A DNA stretch of 38,438 bases, from positions 1 through 38,438 of IMG/VR virus record IMGVR_UViG_3300045988_048834. One strand, 5' to 3'. The position numbers and the translations under genes are program-made. Source of the DNA: a virus. Position 1 is the stretch's first letter. Every line of letters begins with the position of its first letter. Shown here one piece after another: positions 7,341-15,751 of the stretch. The notes under the pieces were generated by a model. It saw only the letters and a list, made by a program, of their open reading frames with translations. It had not been told where the DNA came from and did not search any database.

Positions 7341-8648
7341 TCAGTAATAAATCAGCGTGATCTGGCGGTTCACGGTGCCGTTTCCGCTCCATTCCATAGT
7401 GATGGTGTTCCCGCTGATGCGCAGGAGCCCGATCTCCGAGCTATCCCCACTTTGCGCGATGTCGCGGATGCCGACCAGCGTGCCGCCCGTAAAAGTGTAA
7501 CTCCAGGGACCCCCGCCTGTGGCCATGGTGATTGTCACCGTTTTCAACGCCTTTGCGCTCACTCTACCGCCGCCGTCGTGCTTTCCGTCCGGCACCGTCA
7601 CCGACTCACCCGGTGCAATCGTCGCGCCCCAGTCCCCGCGCCGCGGCACATTACCGGTGCGCAGCGTTTTGTCCTTCGCGTAAAACGTAGAGTTCGCCAG
7701 CACATCCGCTTCCGTGGCGGTGGCCTGTGCCAGCTTTCCAGAGCTCAATCCACCGCCGCCGTTAAAATCCAGCCGCGTGCCGTCAAAGGTAAACAGCACC
7801 CAGCGTCCGGTCACAACGCAGTCCCCGTCCGCCGCATCCGCGCCGCAATACGCAGGCACGGCCACACCGTTGACTGTCCACGTGTCGCCCGCACTCCACG
7901 CGGCGGGGACTTTGAATCGTCCCACCGCGCCATCGCCCGTCAGCGCATACACGCTGCCGCTCTTGCTGCACTCATATTCCTGCACGCAGATATTCACCCC
8001 GTCATCGCCGGGGTCGTAGACGCTGCGCAGCATGGCGGCGGTGCCGGTCTCTACCTCGCCGATCTCCTCCCGCAGCCGTGCGATCATTGCCGTCAGTTGG
8101 GCAAAAAATCCGCTTGTGTCTAGCTCCCCCACGGTCTGGGCCACCGCGCCGCAGCGGGTATCATCCAGCCGGGTGTCCTCCACATCCCGCTGGGTGATCA
8201 CACCCGCCCCCGCGCTCACCAGCACGTTGGCAATGCCCAGCTCCCAGGTGGTATTGTTGCGCGTCAGCGCCGGGGCCACCGGGCTCACCGCTGCCACACC
8301 GCTTACCACGGCCAGCGAAATGTCGCGCTTGTCTAGCGACAGATCCAGCCGCAGCACTACGCTGTCGATGCGGTTCAGGCTGGCGTCCGCCGCGGCAATA
8401 GGCAGCGTCTGCACGGTATCCTCCAGGCAGAAGGCCCCCTGCACCTGCGCCATACCGGGCTTCACCTGCACGTTCATTCCCGTGCCGGTGGCCGTTACGG
8501 CAAAGCTCGTGGACGGCTTATAAAACACGCCGTCGTCCCAGTACGCCTTATAGAATCGGCGCAGAAAAGCCGAATCTACGGCCCTGTCGTAAATTGGCAA
8601 GCTTTGCGCGTCGTAGGTGACGCGGCTCGTAAATGGATAAGAAATCAT
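7341..8648 (-). CDS. Tail / baseplate structural protein
   Basis: 435-aa ORF between the Gp37-like gene and the fibre gene. Its start overlaps the upstream stop. It contains a NRIDSVVLRLD-type motif that I have seen in siphophage distal tail proteins. Confidence 0.6.
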   Translation of the reverse strand: MISYPFTSRVTYDAQSLPIYDRAVDSAFLRRFYKAYWDDGVFYKPSTSFAVTATGTGMNVQVKPGMAQVQGAFCLEDTVQTLPIAAADASLNRIDSVVLRLDLSLDKRDISLAVVSGVAAVSPVAPALTRNNTTWELGIANVLVSAGAGVITQRDVEDTRLDDTRCGAVAQTVGELDTSGFFAQLTAMIARLREEIGEVETGTAAMLRSVYDPGDDGVNICVQEYECSKSGSVYALTGDGAVGRFKVPAAWSAGDTWTVNGVAVPAYCGADAADGDCVVTGRWVLFTFDGTRLDFNGGGGLSSGKLAQATATEADVLANSTFYAKDKTLRTGNVPRRGDWGATIAPGESVTVPDGKHDGGGRVSAKALKTVTITMATGGGPWSYTFTGGTLVGIRDIAQSGDSSEIGLLRISGNTITMEWSGNGTVNRQITLIYY

Positions 8649-9697
8649 CAGTGTATCAGCCTCGCTTTGTCCAGCATCGTCAGCTTTTTATCGCCCATCT
8701 CGATGCTGATCTTGTGATTATTTTGTTTAAAAACTTCCCGCACCGTCACGATGCGCGCCTCCAGCGCCAGGCCGATGTCTTCCACAATTACATCCACCTT
8801 GTCGCCCAGGTCCCAGTCCTCCAGGTACTTGTAGCCGCCCGCGCTGGCCTCCACATCCACGTTGTTGATGATCTGGTAGTCCAGCAGGGCCTCATAGCCC
8901 TCCTGCTGCAGTCCGGCAATGTAGTCCTCGCGGCTCTGCTCTTTTTCATCCCACCGGCTGGCGCGGCTATCCTTGTACAGCATCTTCTTATAGCCGCCGC
9001 CGGACAGGTCAGCCACTGCCGTAATGCGGTTCTCGGCCTTGTCCTGTCCGGCGATGATGGCATAATTCTTGTAGTTGCTTTTGTCCTGACTGGCCTCGGC
9101 AGAGATCAGATTTCCAAAGCTGTCCGCAAACGTCACAAACGGGTTAGCCGTCTGGCCCTGGGTGCGGTCCGTGCCCTGCCATACGCCGCAATAAATTTTA
9201 TTCGCGTTGTAGTCGTAGCGGCACCGCAGGCTGCAGGCCACTGTCTGCAGCTGCTTGTAGGCCACATTCCCCAACTCGCCGCCGGTCTCCTGCCACACCG
9301 CTGTGTCCAGGGTGGACACAGCCGGGGCGTCCAGCACCTCCAGCAGCGGTATGTCCCCCTTGTACTGCTGGATCATTGCCGTCACCGCCTCCGGGATCGT
9401 GCCGCCGCTGGCGTAGTACGTCGGCCAGAGGACCTTATCCCACAATAAGCGCTCCAAAAAGTAGCCGCTTATCTGGATAAAGCGCCCCTTGATGTTCTCG
9501 GTGCGTTCCACCTTATGGATAACACCCATCTCCGGGCGCTCCGGCGTGTACAGGTAAGCCATGCGCGGGTCGTAGTCCCCCGCCGCCACCTGCACGCTGT
9601 ACTGGCCCGCCGTGTAGTACTCACGTGTCCACTGCAGATTGATGTAGGGCAGGTAGCCCACCGGCTCAAAGTCGTCATCCAGCGCCAGCAGCTCCAT
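8648..9697 (-). CDS. Siphovirus Gp37-like distal tail protein
   Basis: The N-terminus MELLALDDDFEPVGYLPYINLQWTREYYTAGQYSVQV matches the characteristic start of the Sipho_Gp37 family. The gene follows Dit. Confidence 0.65.
   Translation of the reverse strand: MELLALDDDFEPVGYLPYINLQWTREYYTAGQYSVQVAAGDYDPRMAYLYTPERPEMGVIHKVERTENIKGRFIQISGYFLERLLWDKVLWPTYYASGGTIPEAVTAMIQQYKGDIPLLEVLDAPAVSTLDTAVWQETGGELGNVAYKQLQTVACSLRCRYDYNANKIYCGVWQGTDRTQGQTANPFVTFADSFGNLISAEASQDKSNYKNYAIIAGQDKAENRITAVADLSGGGYKKMLYKDSRASRWDEKEQSREDYIAGLQQEGYEALLDYQIINNVDVEASAGGYKYLEDWDLGDKVDVIVEDIGLALEARIVTVREVFKQNNHKISIEMGDKKLTMLDKARLIH
9303..9319. repeat. GTGTCC-N5-GGACAC palindrome, perfect copy
   Basis: gtgtcc agggt ggacac; inside CDS 8648..9697, where it encodes VSTLDT. 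Confidence 0.95.
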
Positions 9698-9700
9698 GGC

Positions 9701-10555
9701 TCACACCCCCAAATAATGATTGTAGTAGTGCAGCACCACGTGCAGCACATTGTCGCCGTAGTCGGCCTCGTAGCTGTAGTCGTTGCCGCCCGGCTGAACC
9801 TTCAGGGGCGCAAAGCGGCTCAGGCGGTCCACCTGATTCAGAATGTTGTCCCCGTTCAACTTCACCGTCGGCGTCGGCGACGTGACGATCTCGATGACGT
9901 CCCCCTTCTCCATCGTGTGGAGGACGCGCACAAAGCTGTCCCCCTTCACGATCTTGGGGTTCACCACCTTGCCCGCCGCGGACAGCGTCATCCGCAGGTC
10001 GGCCTCGGCGTCGCCGTCGTAGTCGATATGTACGCTGCCCGAGTAGGCAAATTTACTCACGATAGTTTTGTAGGTTAAATTGTCCATGTACGGCCAGCCC
10101 CAGCGCGGCTCGTCCGCCGCAATGTCTCGGCCAAAGTCATCTACGCTCAAAAGGTAGGGTTCCACGCACAAAAAGCTCACCGTAAGCAGCTGCAGGGCGT
10201 AGACATTGCGGAACGGGCAGCTTGCCTTCTCCACAACGCCCGCGATCCACCGCGTGCGGCCCAGATACGTGATATAGATTTTGTAATCCAGCTTTGGGTT
10301 AAAAAAGGCCAGCGCCGCGGCGCGGTTCGCGGCATTATTAGGCGTGTTTCGGTTGCGTCCTTTGATTTCAATGGTCCGGGCCGCCACGCGGCGGCCTGTG
10401 ATAATGCCGCCGTCGCCGCTTCCGCGATCCTCGGTAAATACGGCGTAATCCGCCGCATCCAGACCCGTCAGGCCGTACAGGCTCCAGTCTTGCCCGCCGA
10501 ACAAAAAGCTCTGGCCATCGCTGCGCTCAACGCGCACCTGTGATGGATAAGCCAT
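9701..10555 (-). CDS. Distal tail protein (Dit-like)
   Basis: The ATG at 10555 lies 1 nt after the tape-measure stop; the ORF track extends to 10636. It occupies the position immediately downstream of the TMP. Confidence 0.6.
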   Translation of the reverse strand: MAYPSQVRVERSDGQSFLFGGQDWSLYGLTGLDAADYAVFTEDRGSGDGGIITGRRVAARTIEIKGRNRNTPNNAANRAAALAFFNPKLDYKIYITYLGRTRWIAGVVEKASCPFRNVYALQLLTVSFLCVEPYLLSVDDFGRDIAADEPRWGWPYMDNLTYKTIVSKFAYSGSVHIDYDGDAEADLRMTLSAAGKVVNPKIVKGDSFVRVLHTMEKGDVIEIVTSPTPTVKLNGDNILNQVDRLSRFAPLKVQPGGNDYSYEADYGDNVLHVVLHYYNHYLGV

Positions 10556-10556
10556 A

Positions 10557-13010
10557 TCAAGCACCTGCCAATCCGCTGGTTGTAATTCGGCGCACTTCGC
10601 GCGCCACCACATCCGGGGCCTGCACCTCGTAGCCAAAGTTGATCGTTTGGTTCACGATGGCCCCGCCGGTCTGGGCCGCCGTCAGCTGCACGCCCATCCT
10701 GCCGGTCAGGCGGGTGATGGCATCCTCTACCCGCCAGCTGTTGGCGTCGATACCGTCAGCCAATCCGGCCATAAAATCCGGCATCCACTGTTCATAGTTT
10801 CGCAGCGGCCCCACATCCGGGCGGGAGAAATGCAAAAACGATTTGATTGCCCCGGCCACGTCCGTGACGACCTCCTTCAGGTTTCCCAGCATGCCCCGGA
10901 TGCCATCGATGAGGCCCTGGATCATGTCAGAGCCCCACTTTAAAAATTTTCCGGGCAGTTCCTCCATGAACGTCAGCGCGTCCATCAGTCCGTCCTTCAT
11001 GGCCTTTCCGGCTTTTTTCATGCCCTCCCAAGCGCTTTCCCCAAAGGCCGTGATTAGCTCCACAAGCGCATTAATGGTTCCCGCTACCGTTTCTTTGATG
11101 ATGCCCCACAATTCAATCATGCTCTCGCGCCATGCATCGTTGGTATTCCACGCCGTCATGATCGCGGCCACCAGCGCCGCGATGGCCGCCACAACAATGC
11201 CGATTGGGTTTGCAGCCAGCACCGCAAACACCGCAGTGATCGCGCCGGACAGTCCCCCCAGGGAGGATACCACCCCGGCAATGATGCTCACGATGTTCCA
11301 CGCCGCAAAGGCCGCGCCGATGGCAGCAATGATCGGCAGGATCGCGTTGATCTTCTCCTGCACCGGGGCCAGCAGCTCATCCAGTGCCGCGGTAATCCCC
11401 TCAATAGCGGCGTCGCCCAGCACCCTGGCCGCCTCACCGATTTGCGGTGCTGCCTCGGCAAAAACGCCCTGCAGCGTGTCGACCAGCGCCAGCAGCGCCT
11501 CCTTGATGGTCGGGGCCAGCTCTTCAATGGTTTCGCCTACGTAGGGGCTAAGTTGGTCAACCAGCTCCCCCAGCCCTTCGATCAACGTCGGGATGATCTC
11601 CTGCAGCCGCGGTACGATGTTGCTCGCCGCCGTCTGGATGCTCTGCACCAGGTTCTGCACCAGCGCGTCAAAGTCCTGCTCCGGGTCGGCCATGCCGGTC
11701 AAAAAATTCTCCCAGGCCGCCTTCATGCCGTTCACACTGCCCTGGATCGTGCTCTCGGCCTCCCTCGACGTCGTCCCCATGATGCCCATGTTGTCCTGCA
11801 CCACATGGATTGCCGCCACAATATTCTCAAAGCTCAGACTATTGGCGTCCACCGTGACGCCCAGCTTGTCCTGCACATCCGTCAGAGCTGCTGCGTCTGC
11901 CACCAGCCGCTCCATCTCCGTCTTCGTGCCACCATACCCCAGCTTCAAATTGTCCAGCATGGTATAGTTCTGCTTTGCGAATCCCTGGTAGGCATACTGG
12001 AGGCTTGTCATGTCCGTGCCAAACTTGTTCGCGTTGTCGCTCATGTCCACAATGGCCATGTCGGCGTACTGTGCGGCCTTCTCGGTGTCCCCGCCCAGCG
12101 AGGACACCAGGCTTGCCGCAAAGCTCGTCACGGTCTCCATGTAGGCATTGGCGGACAGGCCCGCGGTCTTCCAGCTGTCCCGTGCATTTTTCAGCACGGT
12201 TTCCTGGCTGCGCAGCAGGCTGTTGTACTTGTCGGCCACCTCGGCCACGCTCTGGTCTACGCTCTGGGCGTATTCCTCCACGCTGCCCGCCTCAGTGCCA
12301 AACAGCGTTTTCACGCCGCCCACAAGCTGCTCGTAGTTGCCGTAGCCCTCCAGACTGCTTTTAGCCAAATTCACAAAGGCGCTGCCAAGCTCCTTTATCA
12401 TATCCACCGTTTTGCCGATGGCCGCTTTGATAGCATCGCCCAGCAGATTTGCCTTCAGCATGTCGCCAAAAACGCTGCTCTTCTGACCGGTGTCCTCCAT
12501 GGCGGCCCCCAGCTTTTTGGTCTCCTCCTCGGTGCTCTGGGTCTCCTGGCCCGCTTTGCTCAGCGCGTCCTCGGTGTCGGCCAGCTGGTCGGCCATTTTG
12601 TTGGCCGCCGTCGCAGCATTCATCCATTCAGTCTTAGCCTTCGCCACCACGCCGATCTGCCGCTGGTAGGCGGCATTCGCGGCCTGCGCCTCGGTGGAGT
12701 TCTTCCCGTGCTCATTGGTGGCCTTGTTCAGCGCCGCGCTTAGCTCGTCCAGCTTTTTCTTGCTGTTTTCATAGGCCGTTTCAAGCAGGGTCACACGGCT
12801 TTTCTGGTTCGCCAGCTGCCGCCCCAGCACTTCGGCCTGTGCCTTCAGCTTGGCCTGCGCGTCGGAATTCTTGCCGAAGGTAGAAGTCACCATCTTAAAT
12901 TCCGCGTCCAGCGCCTTCGTCTGCTGCACAATGTTTTTCAGGCTCTGTTTAAAAGCGGCCTCGCCCTCAATGCCGATTTTGGGCCCGATATTCTCGGCCA
13001 ATTCCCTCAC
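10557..13010 (-). CDS. Tail tape measure protein
   Basis: 817 aa. It is alpha-helical and Ala/Leu/Gly-rich, with central hydrophobic segments. It follows the G/GT chaperone genes. Confidence 0.85.
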   Translation of the reverse strand: MRELAENIGPKIGIEGEAAFKQSLKNIVQQTKALDAEFKMVTSTFGKNSDAQAKLKAQAEVLGRQLANQKSRVTLLETAYENSKKKLDELSAALNKATNEHGKNSTEAQAANAAYQRQIGVVAKAKTEWMNAATAANKMADQLADTEDALSKAGQETQSTEEETKKLGAAMEDTGQKSSVFGDMLKANLLGDAIKAAIGKTVDMIKELGSAFVNLAKSSLEGYGNYEQLVGGVKTLFGTEAGSVEEYAQSVDQSVAEVADKYNSLLRSQETVLKNARDSWKTAGLSANAYMETVTSFAASLVSSLGGDTEKAAQYADMAIVDMSDNANKFGTDMTSLQYAYQGFAKQNYTMLDNLKLGYGGTKTEMERLVADAAALTDVQDKLGVTVDANSLSFENIVAAIHVVQDNMGIMGTTSREAESTIQGSVNGMKAAWENFLTGMADPEQDFDALVQNLVQSIQTAASNIVPRLQEIIPTLIEGLGELVDQLSPYVGETIEELAPTIKEALLALVDTLQGVFAEAAPQIGEAARVLGDAAIEGITAALDELLAPVQEKINAILPIIAAIGAAFAAWNIVSIIAGVVSSLGGLSGAITAVFAVLAANPIGIVVAAIAALVAAIMTAWNTNDAWRESMIELWGIIKETVAGTINALVELITAFGESAWEGMKKAGKAMKDGLMDALTFMEELPGKFLKWGSDMIQGLIDGIRGMLGNLKEVVTDVAGAIKSFLHFSRPDVGPLRNYEQWMPDFMAGLADGIDANSWRVEDAITRLTGRMGVQLTAAQTGGAIVNQTINFGYEVQAPDVVAREVRRITTSGLAGA

Positions 13011-13019
13011 CTCCTCTTC

Positions 13020-13597
13020 TTATGCCCAATCCGGAAACGGATCATCATCCGCCTCGGTTTTCTGGTCCGCGCCGTTGAAGATGGCCTCACATGCCACATA
13101 ATCCAGAATCTCGCCGATGGGCGTATGCAGCATCTCTGCCTTGCTCAATCCGGCGCGCATCCCAAAAAACTTCAGCCACGCCGTGCCGGGCCTTACGATG
13201 TGGCGCTTTCGTTTTTTCCTGTGGCCTCCACGGCCTTGCTCTCCACCTCCTGCTGCTGCCCGGCAGAGATCGCGCCAAAGATCACATCCTTCAGCGTAGC
13301 CAGGTCCTGCACGGTGTACAGGCTCTTCAGTTCCTCCGCCGTCGGCACGGCAAGGTCCTTGCGCTCCTGGCCGCTGTAGCGGGCCTGCAGCCGTTCGTAG
13401 TTCTCACCCTCGGCCATCAGCAGCTGCACGATCTCCACACACCGGCCCAGCGCGGCCATCTGGCCGCCGTCACCCGCCAGCCATTCGCCCAGTCGTTCCA
13501 GACTACCGGCCTTTTCATCCAGCTTTTCGGCGGCGGCCACCGTAAATGCCACGGTGCGCTCCTGGCCGCAGAAGTTAAACGTTGTTATTCTGCGCAC
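13020..13597 (-). CDS. Tail assembly chaperone frameshift product (gpGT-like, -1 PRF)
   Basis: After a slip at A_AAA_AAC, the -1 frame stays open for 64 further codons (KKRKRHIVRPGTAWLKFFGMRAGLSKAEMLHTPIGEILDYVACEAIFNG...). It ends at a TAA at 13022..13020, just before the TMP start. Confidence 0.7.
13193..13597 (-). CDS. Tail assembly chaperone (gpG-like)
   Basis: 134-aa ORF between the major tail protein and the TMP. A slippery heptamer lies near its 3' end. Confidence 0.75.
   Translation of the reverse strand: MRRITTFNFCGQERTVAFTVAAAEKLDEKAGSLERLGEWLAGDGGQMAALGRCVEIVQLLMAEGENYERLQARYSGQERKDLAVPTAEELKSLYTVQDLATLKDVIFGAISAGQQQEVESKAVEATGKNESATS
13211..13217 (-). promoter_or_regulatory. -1 programmed ribosomal frameshift slippery heptamer A_AAA_AAC
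   Basis: The minus strand reads GGA AAA AAC in the chaperone frame. This is the canonical X_XXY_YYZ pattern at the conserved G/GT position. Confidence 0.7.
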
Positions 13598-13600
13598 AGT

Positions 13601-14188
13601 TTATTCCTCCCCAATGTTCAGCAGCTTCTTGATGTAGCTCTCGGCCCCCGCCTCGCTGTCAAAGGTCGCATCCCGCTTCCAGCGGTGCTTGGCGCTGTCG
13701 TCGCGGTAGATCGTGGCCGTCAGCTCGGGGTGCTGCCACTCAATGGTCCCTCCCTGGGTCTTCGCCGCATCGCTCGGCACGCTAAACTTGATTTTCGGCA
13801 ATACCACAGCGCGCCACTTGACCGCGCCGTTCTTGATTTTCTTGATGATGGAGCCGTAGCCCAGATAAGGCGGGACCATGTCGTCGTCGTAGATCAGCTC
13901 CTTCGCCTCCGGCGTCACCCCTGCCACCGCGGAGGGCGTGATGCCCAGGATCATGGCGCTGCCCTCCTGCAGCAGGTCGTCCGTTGTCAATGTCAGCGTA
14001 CCACCGCCAAACGTGGTGTCGCTCTCGCTGATCTCGTTGTCGGCGTAGTCGTTGTTGTCGTCGGCGCTTTTCAGTTCCGAGTTCATCTCCACGGCCTTTG
14101 CCAGCAGCGTGCCGCCGCTGTAGGTGGGGTTGCCGCCGTTTGCATCGTACTTTGCCACATACACGCGGCTCAAACCAACAGTTGCCAT
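13601..14188 (-). CDS. Major tail protein
   Basis: The ATG at 14188 has RBS AAAGGAG; the ORF track extends to 14233, inside a hairpin. Position and size are typical for a siphophage major tail protein. Confidence 0.7.
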   Translation of the reverse strand: MATVGLSRVYVAKYDANGGNPTYSGGTLLAKAVEMNSELKSADDNNDYADNEISESDTTFGGGTLTLTTDDLLQEGSAMILGITPSAVAGVTPEAKELIYDDDMVPPYLGYGSIIKKIKNGAVKWRAVVLPKIKFSVPSDAAKTQGGTIEWQHPELTATIYRDDSAKHRWKRDATFDSEAGAESYIKKLLNIGEE

Positions 14189-14201
14189 TTGTTTCTCCTT
14201 T

Positions 14202-14233
14202 CCAAAAATGGCCCGGCATTTCTGCCGGGCCAT
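14202..14233 (-). terminator. Strong hairpin plus U-run just upstream of the major tail gene
   Basis: ATGGCCCGGCA (14208-14218) pairs with TGCCGGGCCAT (14223-14233) around a 4-nt loop. On the minus strand a U-run follows and then the RBS. Confidence 0.5.
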
Positions 14234-14241
14234 CGCGCCGC

Positions 14242-14258
14242 GTGTCCACTTTGGACAC
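14242..14258. repeat. GTGTCC-N5-GGACAC palindrome, perfect copy
   Basis: gtgtcc acttt ggacac; intergenic, upstream of the major tail gene. Confidence 0.95.
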
Positions 14259-14265
14259 GCCCGTA

Positions 14266-14766
14266 TTACTCAAATGTATCGTGAATCGCTTCGTCAAATT
14301 TTACCCGCGCAGCCTCAATACCTTTCTTTCGAGACGCCGCCAAGGCGAGACGCAGGAAGGGTGTTTTTTCGCGCGTGCTGCTGCCGCTTTCAATGCTGCG
14401 GGCAATCAGCGCGTTGGGCTGGCCATTGGGGAATGTTTTGGTCTTTACCTCATTGTATCCGTCAAAGCCTATCTTCACATGGATAAAGCCGCCCTCGTTT
14501 CGCAAAGAGGCAATACCAAAAGAATGAACAAGTCCCCATTTCTGGGCCTTTGTGATAGGTATTTTCTGCTGTGGCTTGGAGGCAAACGCCTTCAAGCCCT
14601 CCGTGTCTGGCACGCTGGGCAGAGCAATTAGATTAGCCTTCACCTCATCCGCCACCACCTTGGCCATCTCGTACACAGCCTCGCTGATCACGGTGTCGGT
14701 TTTCTTCCCAAGCCGTTCCAGCTGGGCCACGTACTTGTCAAGCCCCTGCGTCTTGAACGTCGCCAT
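14266..14766 (-). CDS. HK97 gp10-family head-tail / tail-completion protein
   Basis: 166 aa with RBS GGGAGGT. N-terminus MATFKTQGLDKYVAQLERLGKK. It has the gp10-family position between the connectors and the major tail protein. Confidence 0.6.
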   Translation of the reverse strand: MATFKTQGLDKYVAQLERLGKKTDTVISEAVYEMAKVVADEVKANLIALPSVPDTEGLKAFASKPQQKIPITKAQKWGLVHSFGIASLRNEGGFIHVKIGFDGYNEVKTKTFPNGQPNALIARSIESGSSTREKTPFLRLALAASRKKGIEAARVKFDEAIHDTFE

Positions 14767-15088
14767 CGTCGTATACCTCCCATACCCACTCGTGGTGGGT
14801 CAGCCCGGTCTCCTCCTCGTACTGCACGCTGTTTTTGTACCACGCCCCCACGCTGGGGGCCGCGTCCAGCGCCGCCTCAAAGGCCCGCACCCACGGGTCG
14901 AACTCCAACGGCGTGAAAAGGTCCGTCGTGCCGGTCACGGCCCGCTCGCTGTGGCGGTTCTCGCTGCCGTCGTCGTTGCCGCCGTCCTCCTGCCAGACGA
15001 AATACCGCTCGCTTTTCAGCCTCGCGGCATGGCTCACCTGGTCGGTGACGCTCGTATGCACGGCTATGATCTCATCGCTCCAGCTCAT
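14738..15088 (-). CDS. Head-tail connector-module protein
   Basis: 116-aa ORF. Its start overlaps the upstream stop (ATGA). Called from synteny only. Confidence 0.5.
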   Translation of the reverse strand: MSWSDEIIAVHTSVTDQVSHAARLKSERYFVWQEDGGNDDGSENRHSERAVTGTTDLFTPLEFDPWVRAFEAALDAAPSVGAWYKNSVQYEEETGLTHHEWVWEVYDDGDVQDAGA

Positions 15089-15462
15089 TTTACACGCACC
15101 CTTTCAATCTTGGCCAGCGTCAAATCAAGGCACGGCGGGTAAACGCCCTGCGTGGACTGTACCAGGTCGATGCGGTAGCGCCGCCCGTCCTCGGTCTCAG
15201 CCACGTCCTGGCTGTTGATGTCCAGCCCCCGCGGCACCCGCACCACCCGTTCGATCTGCACCTGGTTCTGCCGCCCCTGATAGTATCGCTGCAAGCCGAG
15301 GCGCTGCTCATCGTAGCGCAGCCGCCCCTTCTCGGTTAGCTTCTCCACGGGCATCCGGCCCGGCGCTGCCGTGTCGGCCACGGCGTAGATCGTCACAATG
15401 CCGTCCGCAAACGGCTGGGTGATCACGGCATTATTCTGCCGCGTAAACGGTGTTTTTCTCAA
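15085..15462 (-). CDS. Head-tail adaptor / head closure protein (SPP1 gp16 / HK97-like)
   Basis: 125 aa. Size, position and the C-terminal pattern (DGRRYRIDLV) are typical of the Phage_H_T_join family. Confidence 0.6.
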   Translation of the reverse strand: MRKTPFTRQNNAVITQPFADGIVTIYAVADTAAPGRMPVEKLTEKGRLRYDEQRLGLQRYYQGRQNQVQIERVVRVPRGLDINSQDVAETEDGRRYRIDLVQSTQGVYPPCLDLTLAKIERVRVK

Positions 15463-15751
15463 ACTGGTTCACCGCCCTTCCGTGCTGCGCACTCAAAATC
15501 AGGGAGAGATAGTTTGCCTCAAACACATCCAGCGCACTGTCCCGGGCATAGCGCACATACTCCATCAGCAGGGTTCGGGGATCGCCGTCGGCGGTGTAGT
15601 CCGCCCGCGTGCCCAGCCTGTCATCCAAGTAGTTTGCACCGGCGGCGATCAGCCCGCAGTACTTCTTGTCCGTTGCTTCATCGCTCCAGGTGATGTCCAG
15701 CTGGTTCTTCACGTCGTCCAAAAGCCCCGCGGGCAGCTTGTCGCGGGTCAT
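15431..15751 (-). CDS. gp6-like head-tail connector (DNA-packaging-type) protein
   Basis: 106 aa, immediately downstream of the capsid gene. Acidic helical protein. Confidence 0.55.
   Translation of the reverse strand: MTRDKLPAGLLDDVKNQLDITWSDEATDKKYCGLIAAGANYLDDRLGTRADYTADGDPRTLLMEYVRYARDSALDVFEANYLSLILSAQHGRAVNQFEKNTVYAAE

Noticed and set aside
12079-12103. GGTGTCC-N11-GGACACC as an extra copy of the palindrome.
   Set aside because: The spacing differs (11 nt instead of 3-5) and it lies deep inside the tape-measure CDS. I treat it as a chance relative, and isolated GTGTCC or GGACAC half-sites elsewhere likewise.
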